The translations under genes were made by a program, and so were the position numbers. Shown here in pieces: positions 1 to 9,370 of a stretch of 43,029 nucleotides of DNA. Below the pieces are notes generated by a model that saw only the letters and a program-made list of their open reading frames with translations, made no database searches and was not told the origin of the DNA. The DNA is taken from the NCBI GenBank assembly GCA_011364975.1, contig RDOE01000021.1, positions 1 to 43,029 on the forward strand, read 5' to 3'. Positions within the stretch are counted from its first letter, which is position 1; each line of letters opens with the position of its first letter. Source of the stretch: Promethearchaeota archaeon. GTDB lineage: Archaea; Asgardarchaeota; Lokiarchaeia; Sigyniarchaeales; SOKP01.

Positions 1-210
1 GGACTGTATATTACATTAGGGAAGCTTGGCGTCGCAGCTATGCCCTTAACTTATTTTGCGATTAAAAAATCAAAAATAGATAACATAAACTATTTCTCTT
101 TTTATTTAATTTTCATCAATCTTTTTTTAGATCCTGTTAAATTAAATATCCTAAAGGATTATTAGGGATTATAAATACTTATAATGTGAGAATTATTAGT
201 TCTAAATTAA

Positions 211-738
211 GTGATTGAAATGATAGAGTTAGTCGTAAAAAATTCTAAAATTGTATTAAAACAAGGAGATATTACTGATTTAAGCATTGATGTTATTGTT
301 AATGCTGCAAATGCTCAATTAATTCTAGGAGGAGGGGTAGCAGGAGCAATAAGTCGAAAAGGCGGTCCAAGTATTCAAGAGGAATGTAATAAAATTGGTG
401 GCACATTTGTGGGTGGGGCTGTTATAACTAAAGGTGGTAATTTAAAAGCAAAATATGTAATTCACGCTGTTGGACCTCGAATGGGAGAGGGTAATGAAGA
501 TCAAAAATTAGAGAATGCTACTCTAAATAGTTTAAAATTAATGGATAAACATAAATTGAAAATAATTGCATTTCCCGCTATATCTACGGGTATTTTTGGT
601 TATCCTATCGATAGATGTGCGAGAATCATGATCTCAACAACAAAAGCTTATTTAGAAGGAGATACGCAAATTAAAGAAGTAATTTTTTGTTTGTATACGA
701 AATCTGATTTTGAGGTATTTGAATCTGAATTAAGTTGA
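211..738 (+). CDS. Macrodomain protein (O-acetyl-ADP-ribose deacetylase / ADP-ribose hydrolase, Af1521/YmdB-like)
   Basis: GDIT, VIVNAAN, GGGVAGAI, VIHAVGP and FPAISTGIFGYP macrodomain motifs; the start may be the ATG at 220. Confidence 0.93.
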   Translation: MIEMIELVVKNSKIVLKQGDITDLSIDVIVNAANAQLILGGGVAGAISRKGGPSIQEECNKIGGTFVGGAVITKGGNLKAKYVIHAVGPRMGEGNEDQKLENATLNSLKLMDKHKLKIIAFPAISTGIFGYPIDRCARIMISTTKAYLEGDTQIKEVIFCLYTKSDFEVFESELS

Positions 739-992
739 AACTGAAATATTCTACTTGAATAGGGACAATTTTGTAAACATTTAATAATTCAAATTTTGAT
801 TATGTAATTGGTTCCATATTTTAATCACCTAACATCTACCTTTTTTTTTCTTTTAATATGCTCTCTCAAGCTTAGTTTACTATGAAAATAGTTCATTTAT
901 AGTTGAATTTATCTACCTTACTTGATAATTTTATTAGGAATCAATGACTACAAATGAATTAATAGTAATTCTTAGAAACTTCCGAAGTTAAA

Positions 993-3917
993 ATGAGCGA
1001 GCGCGATTATAGGTACATAAAATTTTTTGATGAGATTCGATCGGATGATGTTCCTCACGTTGGAGGGAAAAATGCGTCTTTAGGTGAATTAACGAGTTTT
1101 GGTATTCCTGTACCGTTTGGATTTGCTGTAACTGCTAAAGCCTATGACTACGTGCTAGAATCTAATGACATTCTTTATAATCAGGAATTAATATCCTTAA
1201 AAAATTACATTTCTCATCAAATAAAAGAAATATCTCAAGAGCTAAAAAATGAAGATATAAAGTCAATTCAAACCGTTGATAAGATCTGCAACAATATTAG
1301 AACCCATATTGAACAAGCAAAAATTCCAGACAGCCTAACAGAAGAAATCGTTGAAGCATATAATGAGTTATTGAAGCACATAGGTAATGAAAGCACATTT
1401 GCTATTCGTAGTTCTGCAACAGCAGAAGATCTCCCAGATGCGTCATTTGCAGGACAGCAAGATACTCACTTAAATATTTCTGGAGAAGATCAAGTATTAA
1501 GATATATTCTTAAAGATATGGCCTCAGTCTTTACAACAAGAGCAACTATGTATCGTGAACGAGCAGGATTTGATCATTTTGCGGTCAAGTTAAGCGTAGG
1601 TGTACAGGAAATAGCAGGTGGACTTAAAGGAGTTCAAGCTTCAGGAGTTATGTTTACAGAGGATCCCGACTCAGGTAATCCAAATGTTGTTGTAATTCGA
1701 GGCACATGGGGATTAGGAGAACTAATTGTTCAAGGCGTTGAAAAGGGAGATGAATTTATTGTTTTCAAACATGCTTCGAAACTCCAAATTATTAGCAAAA
1801 GTTTAGTGAAAAAAGAGCGAATGATGATTTTTGATATAGATAAGGGAGGAACTATTACAAAACAAGTAGAAAAAGAGAAGCAAAAAAAGTTTTGTTTAAC
1901 TACTGAGCAGGTTGAGATCTTAGCTCAATACGCTATTAAAATACGAGAACACTATAACATACCTATGGATATTGAATGGGCACTTGGTAAAAATGGAAAG
2001 ATATATATCGTTCAAGCACGCCCAGAGACGGTTCATTCTCAAAAAGGAGACACTGAGGAAATATTTTATTTATTAGAAGATCCTGTTCAATTAATCGAAG
2101 AAGGATATCTTATTGAGAATTCAGGTACGGCAATAGGGAGGAGAATTGGCTATGGACAATTAAAAATAATTGAATCGATCAATGATGCTCATTTGTTAGA
2201 ACAAGGGGATATCTTAATAACCGAAGAAACAAATCCCGATTGGACCTCTTACATGCAGAATCTAGGAGGTGTAATTACAGAGCGAGGAGGCCCGACTTGC
2301 CATGCGGCAATTGTGTCAAGAGAATTAAATATTGCTTCGATTGTGGGGGCAGATAATATCATTGAAACAATTAAAGAAAAGCAACGAATGGGAGGATTAA
2401 AAACATTAACAATTGATTGTAGCGAAGGGACACCTCGTATTTGGACAAAAGATATTGAATATGATTCTGACACCATTGAATTTGCCTTACTTCCAAAAAC
2501 AAAGACTCAAGTTCTGGTTAATTTGGGAATTCCCAAAGGAGCATTGTCTGCAGGAAAGTATCCTGATGGAACGGGATTAGCTCGGTTAGAATTTATTATT
2601 AACGATGAAATCAAAATTCATCCTAATGCATTAATTGATTTTGATTCTTTACTTGTAAGACATGATGTATTGATTGAACAGAGAAAAAGAATCGAGAATC
2701 TTAAAAAAAGTGATTTATACCATAAAGATCCTTTTAATGTAGAGATTAAAAAGCTTAAAGACACGATCGACAAGATAAGAGAACTCACGGCGGGATATGA
2801 TGATAAAGAGGAATTTTATATTGAGAAATTAGCGGAAGGCATAGCAACAATCGCAGCGGGAGTTTGGAAAGAATTGTCTGATGGTACTATAGCTCCATGT
2901 GTAGTACGATTATCAGATTTTAAAACAAACGAATATGAAAATCTAATTGGTGGTTGGATCTATGAAACCGATGAACATAATCCGATGTTGGGGTTTCGAG
3001 GAGCATCACGCTACGTGTCAAATGATTTTCAAAATGCATTCATTTTGGAGTTGAGAGCTATTGCAAAAGCAAGATCTTGGGGGTTAACAAATATTATTCC
3101 AATGTTACCCTTTACACGCTCTCCGGAAGAAGCACAGAAGATAATTGAGTTAATGGAAAATGAGGGATTAATAAGAGGTGAAAACGGAGGCAAGGACGAA
3201 TTAAAGTTATACATAATGGCCGAGATACCCTCAAATATTATTTGTGCAGACATTTTTAGTCAATTTGTAGATGGCTTTTCAATAGGTAGTAATGATTTAA
3301 CAATGTTAACCTATGGTGTGGATAGAGATGAAGCAAAGTTATTACCTTTAGCCAAAGAATTTAATTACACGACTAACAGTGAAGCTTTAAAGCGATCTAT
3401 TAGCCATTTAATTAAGATTGCTCATCAATATGGAAGAAAAGTAGGAATATGTGGTCAGGCTCCATCTGATGATCCTGAATTTCTTAGATTTCTGGTAAGA
3501 GAAAACATAGATTCAATCTCTCTTAATTTTGATACCTTTGCTCGAGGGAGAATCAATACATGGCGAACGGAAATCATTGAGGTTAAGTTAAAAGATGATT
3601 ATAAAACTACAGTCTATAATTTGCTTGATAAGTGCGATAACTTAATTGAAAACCTAAGAGTTCCAAGAGGAAAATTACGAAATATGGTCCGTAAGAAAGG
3701 AAAAGATACTAGCCCCCAATTAAAAGAAATAACAGATAAATTTAATCAAAGTTTCAAGGAAATTTCGGAAATGTCCTATGAATTTATCAAAGAAATTGAT
3801 CAAGAAAGCTTTAAAGATTTTCATACCCTATTTGAAAAGTATAACTTTCGCATTACAGAAATTGAAAAAATAATTCCAGTACTTACAAAAAAAGTAAGAG
3901 AATTTGGGATATTTTAG
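993..3917 (+). CDS. ppsA: Phosphoenolpyruvate synthase (pyruvate, water dikinase) with C-terminal extension
   Basis: VGGKNASLGE, RSSATAEDLPDASFAGQQDT, DIEWA, QARPETV, phospho-His motif TCHAAIVSRE, NPMLGFRGASRY, SIGSNDLT, GICGQAPS. Confidence 0.95.
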   Translation: MSERDYRYIKFFDEIRSDDVPHVGGKNASLGELTSFGIPVPFGFAVTAKAYDYVLESNDILYNQELISLKNYISHQIKEISQELKNEDIKSIQTVDKICNNIRTHIEQAKIPDSLTEEIVEAYNELLKHIGNESTFAIRSSATAEDLPDASFAGQQDTHLNISGEDQVLRYILKDMASVFTTRATMYRERAGFDHFAVKLSVGVQEIAGGLKGVQASGVMFTEDPDSGNPNVVVIRGTWGLGELIVQGVEKGDEFIVFKHASKLQIISKSLVKKERMMIFDIDKGGTITKQVEKEKQKKFCLTTEQVEILAQYAIKIREHYNIPMDIEWALGKNGKIYIVQARPETVHSQKGDTEEIFYLLEDPVQLIEEGYLIENSGTAIGRRIGYGQLKIIESINDAHLLEQGDILITEETNPDWTSYMQNLGGVITERGGPTCHAAIVSRELNIASIVGADNIIETIKEKQRMGGLKTLTIDCSEGTPRIWTKDIEYDSDTIEFALLPKTKTQVLVNLGIPKGALSAGKYPDGTGLARLEFIINDEIKIHPNALIDFDSLLVRHDVLIEQRKRIENLKKSDLYHKDPFNVEIKKLKDTIDKIRELTAGYDDKEEFYIEKLAEGIATIAAGVWKELSDGTIAPCVVRLSDFKTNEYENLIGGWIYETDEHNPMLGFRGASRYVSNDFQNAFILELRAIAKARSWGLTNIIPMLPFTRSPEEAQKIIELMENEGLIRGENGGKDELKLYIMAEIPSNIICADIFSQFVDGFSIGSNDLTMLTYGVDRDEAKLLPLAKEFNYTTNSEALKRSISHLIKIAHQYGRKVGICGQAPSDDPEFLRFLVRENIDSISLNFDTFARGRINTWRTEIIEVKLKDDYKTTVYNLLDKCDNLIENLRVPRGKLRNMVRKKGKDTSPQLKEITDKFNQSFKEISEMSYEFIKEIDQESFKDFHTLFEKYNFRITEIEKIIPVLTKKVREFGIF

Positions 3918-4064
3918 ATAAAATACTACATATAAGAAGTAATCTTGTTTAATTAAGACTTATATTAAAAATCAAAAAAATTAAATCTTATTGAAGATTG
4001 TAAAATTCAACTAGTTAGTTTTTTAGCTATAATCTCACTAAAAAATCAAATTTGGTGATCTTTT

Positions 4065-4346
4065 TTGTCAAGGGGGAAAGAATTTACTGATGAGATACTT
4101 GAAACTTTTCAAAAAGTCGAATATTTACTAAATGGCATGATGAATGATAGAGGGGTTCCAAGAAATATTAAGAGAATCGCTCAAAGATGTATCGATCAAT
4201 TGCATAGGGATGACGATTCTCCGGCAGTACTTTCTAGCAATGTAATGTATATGATTGATGATTTATCACAAGACCCAAATATACCATTTCATAGTAGAAC
4301 AACCATATATCGCATAATATCTTTGTTAGAAAAAATAAAGGATTAG
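4065..4346 (+). CDS. UPF0147 family protein (archaeal)
   Basis: DRGVPRNIKR...DDLSQDPNIPFHSRT.IY.IIS.LE pattern typical of UPF0147; TTG start preceded by GGTGA. Confidence 0.85.
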   Translation: MSRGKEFTDEILETFQKVEYLLNGMMNDRGVPRNIKRIAQRCIDQLHRDDDSPAVLSSNVMYMIDDLSQDPNIPFHSRTTIYRIISLLEKIKD

Positions 4347-4509
4347 TAGTATTGTAGTTTCACTTTTTTTGTGATTTTTTATTAAGAATGTTATAAAGCT
4401 CTCATTATTTATGGAAAGCGTTAATATTTATATGGCTGATATATATTATTAATAGGATATCAAAATTTAATAAAGCCTTAAATTAAAATATATAAAAGTT
4501 ATTTTAAGA

Positions 4510-5550
4510 ATGGAACAGAAATTAATTACTGGATTGTTATATACCCAATTAGACGATGAAGTAGGGCCTAATCCCTTAGTTTGGATTGGTGATATTCCTC
4601 AATCCAGCAGATTATATATAAGCATTAAAACAATAACTATTCTCTCAGGAGAAAGTGGACTTATACCTGAGTCTCTTGTGATTTTGCCGTTTCCCTCTTT
4701 AAATTCTAAAGGGATAATTAAATACCTTAAATGGGATGATCCTAATAGACGAGGTGGGATTGGTCAATCCGCAATAACATTGCTATTTAGAGAAATTGAT
4801 GATGTCATTTTCTATAAATATATTAGCTATTTAGATAGTTCCTTTGATGAAGCAGCGAAATTTCTTTCCAATTTAGAAGTAAATAAGGCTCATAGAGAAG
4901 CATATGTAGATGTTCTTAAAAAACTTGAATATTCATTGTCTCAATTTCTCGCAGAGTTTAAAAGAAAGGAAATTAGTGAAGCTGCTTCGAGAGCATTCCC
5001 AAGTCAAAAGATAAAGGAGGAAAACTTAGTAGATTATAAATTTAAAATCGTTATCTGTGGTGATCCAAGTGTTGGTAAAACATCTCTAATTTTAAGATTC
5101 ACCGACAACGCTTTTAGAAGGCATTATATACCAACTCTGGGAGTTCATGTTTCCGATAAGATATTTCAAGTTAAAGATTCTTATGTTCAATTAGTTTTAT
5201 GGGATATAGCTGGTCAACAAAAATTCGAAATAATGAGACAACAATTTTATTTAGGTTCTGATGCGATATTTTTAATATTTGATCTTACTAATCATAACTC
5301 ATTTGAAAGTGTTTCAAACTGGTATTTTGACATCCAAAATCAGCTTAAAGATAAAAGAAAGATGATTGGATACATTGTTGGAAACAAAAAAGATTTGGCT
5401 GATGATATAAAAATCGTGAGTGATAAAGGATTAGAATTAGCAAATTATTTAAATCTCTCTTATATTGAAACTTCAGCGCTTACGGGAGAAAATGTTGAGA
5501 AAGCGTTCACAAATATCGCTCAAATCTTATACGATTCGATCATAGGCTAA
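4510..5550 (+). CDS. Rab-like small GTPase with N-terminal longin/uDENN-like domain
   Basis: C-terminal half has G1 GDPSVGKT, G2 PTLG, G3 WDIAGQ, G4 NKKD and G5 ETSA. The N-terminal ~170 aa start GLLYTQLDDEVGP, resembling the uDENN/longin first strand + (F/L)D..xGP. No C-terminal Cys. Confidence 0.88.
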   Translation: MEQKLITGLLYTQLDDEVGPNPLVWIGDIPQSSRLYISIKTITILSGESGLIPESLVILPFPSLNSKGIIKYLKWDDPNRRGGIGQSAITLLFREIDDVIFYKYISYLDSSFDEAAKFLSNLEVNKAHREAYVDVLKKLEYSLSQFLAEFKRKEISEAASRAFPSQKIKEENLVDYKFKIVICGDPSVGKTSLILRFTDNAFRRHYIPTLGVHVSDKIFQVKDSYVQLVLWDIAGQQKFEIMRQQFYLGSDAIFLIFDLTNHNSFESVSNWYFDIQNQLKDKRKMIGYIVGNKKDLADDIKIVSDKGLELANYLNLSYIETSALTGENVEKAFTNIAQILYDSIIG

Positions 5551-5561
5551 TTCTTTTTTTA

Positions 5562-5589
5562 TGATCGTGAAAGATACATTTCGCGATCA
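5562..5589. terminator. Hairpin between convergent genes, next to a T-tract
   Basis: TGATCGTGAAA-GATACA-TTTCGCGATCA (11-bp stem, one G-U) immediately after TTCTTTTTTT at 5551-5560. Confidence 0.45.
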
Positions 5590-5654
5590 AACATATACCT
5601 TTACATAACACCAAAATATAGCCTAAGATATTATCTCAATAACATTAAAAGAAA

Positions 5655-6437
5655 TTAGTTATTTAATTGAACAAGATTCCGTAATCTTTTTTCTAGATAA
5701 GGATGACGAGAGAAAAAAGTGTATCTAAATTTATTTTGCTTTTTTGTCGGATTATTTAAAATCCAGAAACTTTTCGAAACATCAATAACATTAAATTTTG
5801 ATTCAGATTGCGATTTAAAACATTTAACCATCTTTACTAGAGCAGATGCTAATGAGAGCGGATCTTTTGTATACTTAGAACTTTTAAGATCAGCTTGAAT
5901 TTCCCTCGTGCGAGAAATATATGAATCTAGTACTACGCCGAAAGGAATCCAAAAATATCGGCTTATAATAAATGACGCTTTAATCCAAATATCCTTATTG
6001 GATATATGAAAGAGTTCATGAGAAAGAACAGCTATAAGCTCATTTTTTTCTAAATTCTCAAATAATCCCACTGACAAGACTATAATGTACTTTTTTGGAT
6101 GAATGAATAATGTAAATGCATTAGGAAGAGCTTCATCTAACATTCCAATTTCAATTCTTTTATGAATATTTAATTTTTCATTCCATTCTAAAATATAGTC
6201 ATATAGTTCGGAACATGAATTATAGGAGAGAATGGTAATTCCATTTCGTCTCACTATTGATTTTCCTCCAAGAGCGTACCAAAAAGTGCCAAGAAGGAAC
6301 AAAGATATGTGATATAAAACAATAAAAAAAACTACTTCAATGTCTGAATAAACAATTGGAAGTATAATTGTAATCAGAATATATACCAGAAAGAGAAAAT
6401 AGATGAAAAAATATCTGCTTTTAATTAGTTTCACCAT
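5655..6437 (-). CDS. Membrane zinc metalloprotease, M48/M56 (HtpX/BlaR1 protease-like)
   Basis: Two N-terminal TM helices, PNAFT, AVLSHELFH (HExxH), REIQAD, SRHP..EKRL; overlaps the upstream BlaI-like gene by 17 nt. Confidence 0.88.
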   Translation of the reverse strand: MVKLIKSRYFFIYFLFLVYILITIILPIVYSDIEVVFFIVLYHISLFLLGTFWYALGGKSIVRRNGITILSYNSCSELYDYILEWNEKLNIHKRIEIGMLDEALPNAFTLFIHPKKYIIVLSVGLFENLEKNELIAVLSHELFHISNKDIWIKASFIISRYFWIPFGVVLDSYISRTREIQADLKSSKYTKDPLSLASALVKMVKCFKSQSESKFNVIDVSKSFWILNNPTKKQNKFRYTFFSRHPYLEKRLRNLVQLNN

Positions 6438-6834
6438 TTTTTGATTTCTTAATGTGTTCTAATTCTTCAAGTAAGTTATCTAATTCCTCATTACTATAGT
6501 TTTTTGAAATTTCTTGAACTATCTTCATTGAAGCTTTATTGCCATATGATTTTATAATTTGATCTGCTAAATTTTCTGATACTTTCTTTTCAAAATGCTT
6601 TTTTGTCTCTTTTGCTTTGTAGATATAAAATAATCCTCCTTTACCGGTATCAACTTCCCGAGATAGAAAACCTTTATTGAATAATCGATTCATAGTTGTA
6701 CTTATGGTAGTAAGGGCAATCTTTCTTTCTTGAGAAAGAGATTCATATATTTCTCGTACAGTAGATGATTTAGTTGACCATATTATTTGCATAATTGCCA
6801 GTTCTAAAGGCCCTAATTCAGATTTTACCGCCAC
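6421..6834 (-). CDS. BlaI/MecI/CopY family transcriptional repressor
   Basis: LGPLELAIMQIIW...TVREIY...IALTTISTTMNRLFNKGFL.R winged-helix signature. Confidence 0.93.
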   Translation of the reverse strand: MAVKSELGPLELAIMQIIWSTKSSTVREIYESLSQERKIALTTISTTMNRLFNKGFLSREVDTGKGGLFYIYKAKETKKHFEKKVSENLADQIIKSYGNKASMKIVQEISKNYSNEELDNLLEELEHIKKSKNGETN

Positions 6835-6887
6835 TTTTTATTCCTCTATTTAAAATAAAATTAGTCCTTACTAATGGTTATTATTTT

Positions 6888-6974
6888 TCTATTATAATAA
6901 ACGTTTCTATTGCAGTAGTAACCTTTATATGGTGACAAGTATTCTATTATAATCGAAGTATCTATTCAAATAGA
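6888..6974. promoter_or_regulatory. Four palindromic operator-like sites (TCTATT-N2-AATAGA) over divergent promoters
   Basis: Sites at 6888-6901, 6906-6919, 6943-6956 and 6961-6974 (perfect), in two pairs each spaced 18 bp; TATA-like TTTATAT at 6924-6930 lies between the pairs. Confidence 0.7.
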
Positions 6975-6998
6975 ATCAAATCAAAAAGGTGAAAAAAC

Positions 6999-7205
6999 AT
7001 GTTTCTACCAATTGAGGTAATGATGTGGGTAATTCCCTTATTAATATTTCAAATTTCTTTGATAATATTGTGTCTTATTAATATTGTAAAAAGTAAAGAA
7101 AAGTCTACAGGTAACAAAATAGGTTGGTCGGTTATTATAATCTGTATTACATTAATTGGAGCAATACTATATTATTTTCTAGGATGGGAAAAAAAAGTTA
7201 AATAA
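6999..7205 (+). CDS. Small 2-TM protein, PLDc N-terminal (PLD nuclease N-terminal)-like
   Basis: TM-CL.NI.K....K..W..II..I..IG.ILYYFLG pattern; first gene of the ABC operon. Confidence 0.78.
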   Translation: MFLPIEVMMWVIPLLIFQISLIILCLINIVKSKEKSTGNKIGWSVIIICITLIGAILYYFLGWEKKVK

Positions 7206-7219
7206 TTTAGGCAAAATAA

Positions 7220-8185
7220 GTGATTAATATGGTTTACAATACCGATGAATTAATTAAATTTCAAGACGTATCTAAAACTTATAAGAATTTACTTGCGCTT
7301 GATAAAATTTCATTTAATATAAATAAAGGAGATGTTTTTGGATATATTGGCCCAAATGGAGCCGGTAAAACAACCACAATTAAGATTATTGTGGGATTGA
7401 TCAGAGATTATCTGGGAAAAGTTTATTTTAATGGAGAAGATATTGCCAAAAGGCATCATCAAATACACAAATTTGTTGGATATCATCCACAAGATGCTGG
7501 ATTTCAGGATTGGAGAACAATAAACCATGTTATGCATACTTTTGGATTATTATCTGGGTTGAAAGGAGGTGTTTTAGAAGAGAAAATCCATAAAACATTA
7601 AACTTTGTAGGTCTATTAGATGAACGTGATAAAAAGGTTAAACACTTATCGGGGGGTATGTTACAGAAATTAAGATTAGCGCAAGCCCTTCTTACTGAAC
7701 CGGAAATTTTAATACTTGATGAGCCATTATCGGGGTTAGATCCCTCAAGTAGATATCAAATTAAGAATCTTATCCGTTCTTTAAGTAAACAAGGAAAAAC
7801 TATCCTTTTTTCTTCTCATATTCTTTCAGATGTTCAAGATGTTGCAAATAAAGTTGGAATAATTAATCGAGGAAAAATATTACGAATAGGAACTCCTGAA
7901 GAATTACAAACTGAATTCAATATTGGAAATGAAATTGAAATTGAATACGCTATTAATAATCAAAAATTTATAGAAAAAGAATCGCTGGAATGCATTCAAA
8001 ATATAGATGAAATTGCTTTAAATAAGCAACTTTTGACTTTAAAGCCAGATTTGGACTTAGATAATGCAATTAATCAAATTCTGAATTATTTAGTTCAAAA
8101 TAATTTCAAAATTCGAAGTTTTAAAACTAATAAGCCTAGTTTAGAAGATGTCTATTTACGATATGTAAGAGGTGATTTTCAATGA
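7220..8185 (+). CDS. ABC transporter ATP-binding protein (drug/lantibiotic exporter type)
   Basis: Walker A GPNGAGKTT, signature LSGGM, Walker B ILILDEP, SSH switch. Confidence 0.95.
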   Translation: MINMVYNTDELIKFQDVSKTYKNLLALDKISFNINKGDVFGYIGPNGAGKTTTIKIIVGLIRDYLGKVYFNGEDIAKRHHQIHKFVGYHPQDAGFQDWRTINHVMHTFGLLSGLKGGVLEEKIHKTLNFVGLLDERDKKVKHLSGGMLQKLRLAQALLTEPEILILDEPLSGLDPSSRYQIKNLIRSLSKQGKTILFSSHILSDVQDVANKVGIINRGKILRIGTPEELQTEFNIGNEIEIEYAINNQKFIEKESLECIQNIDEIALNKQLLTLKPDLDLDNAINQILNYLVQNNFKIRSFKTNKPSLEDVYLRYVRGDFQ

Positions 8186-8844
8186 ATTTTAGGATCTTAT
8201 TTTTTGATGAATTAAAGGGATTTTATAAATCGAAAGTCATGTTAATATTATGGTTTGGAATGCCTTTTTTAACGTTGTTATTACACTTTATTAATCCTAA
8301 TTTAGAGGAATTACCTGTATCATATTTAGTTGCACTTTTAATTTCCAGTATCGGTGGAACACTTTCTGCAGCATTACTTAGTACTTCAATAGCGAATGAA
8401 AAGTCTCACCACGTGTTTGACTTGTTTTTAGTAAGACCAGTGAGTCGAACTTCCATTTTGCTCGCAAAGTTTATTGCAGTTTATTTATGTTTGATTATTG
8501 CTACGGGACTATCTCTTATAATCGGATTAATCATTGATTTTTATAATTTAGGTACATTATCAGAGTTTATCATACAAAGCACATTCGATTCCCTATCAAT
8601 AAGTTTAGCTGGTATGGCAATTTCTTGTTCGATTGGAATGTTTTTTGGCATTTTATTATCCTCAGTGCCAGTTGCAGCAATTTTATCAGTTTATCTTGGA
8701 AATCAATTATCTGCGGTCTCAATATTAGCTACAATATTCATTGATGTTATCGATCCTACTCTTTTCGCATTAATTATTGGTTCTTCAGTCTCGATAATTT
8801 TTATAGGAATATCCATATTTGCTTTCAGCAAAAAACAATTTTAA
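8182..8844 (+). CDS. ABC-2 type transporter permease
   Basis: About 6 TM helices, SIANEK...LFLVRPVSR..ILLAKF motif; ATGA overlap with the ATPase gene. Confidence 0.9.
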   Translation: MNFRILFFDELKGFYKSKVMLILWFGMPFLTLLLHFINPNLEELPVSYLVALLISSIGGTLSAALLSTSIANEKSHHVFDLFLVRPVSRTSILLAKFIAVYLCLIIATGLSLIIGLIIDFYNLGTLSEFIIQSTFDSLSISLAGMAISCSIGMFFGILLSSVPVAAILSVYLGNQLSAVSILATIFIDVIDPTLFALIIGSSVSIIFIGISIFAFSKKQF

Positions 8845-8879
8845 CCGCACTATGCTATTTTTTTTCATATTTTAGACTT

Positions 8880-9197
8880 CTATATTAAATTTAAAAAGTT
8901 CTTGAATTCTTCGCTTTCTTCATCCTCATCAACACTACGAATTCTAAAATCAATTCCGTGCGAATCTCTTATATAGGGTGCTTTTTGAGAGGCAATAAAT
9001 TTCAATCGAACATTTGCTTTCTTTCCATTCCATATCCAAATATTCTTATCATAGGGATCTACAATAATAAAGATTGAATTTGAATCTAGCATCTCCTTAA
9101 TGGTAGTATCTTCTAACTCAATTTGAACTAATTCTTCATTTGAATCATTTAGTTTGAAAAGCAACAATTGAGCTTCTAATTCAGTCATATTTGTCAA
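8880..9197 (-). CDS. Single-domain gelsolin-like protein (Asgard ProGel-type)
   Basis: LDSNSIFIIVD...IWIWNGKKAN...KFIA...I.SVDEDEESEEF matches the gelsolin repeat core; the start may be the ATG at 9188. Confidence 0.82.
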   Translation of the reverse strand: MTNMTELEAQLLLFKLNDSNEELVQIELEDTTIKEMLDSNSIFIIVDPYDKNIWIWNGKKANVRLKFIASQKAPYIRDSHGIDFRIRSVDEDEESEEFKNFLNLI

Positions 9198-9370
9198 TAT
9201 TTGGTTGTTATTGGATTTGGTTATACTCCAAATAGCACAAATGATATCTTTAGATTTAAATATTTTTATTTATTTACTTTATTGTCACGATTTTCTAATT
9301 TTGAAAATACCAAAATATGCTTGGTTTTTAAGATTATTTTCAAAAGTAGATTGAAAAGATAAAAATTTAG

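Noticed and set aside
1-65. Relatively GC-rich window start: end of a gene or a structured RNA
   Set aside because: Two plus frames are open and no RNA family is recognisable; too short to call
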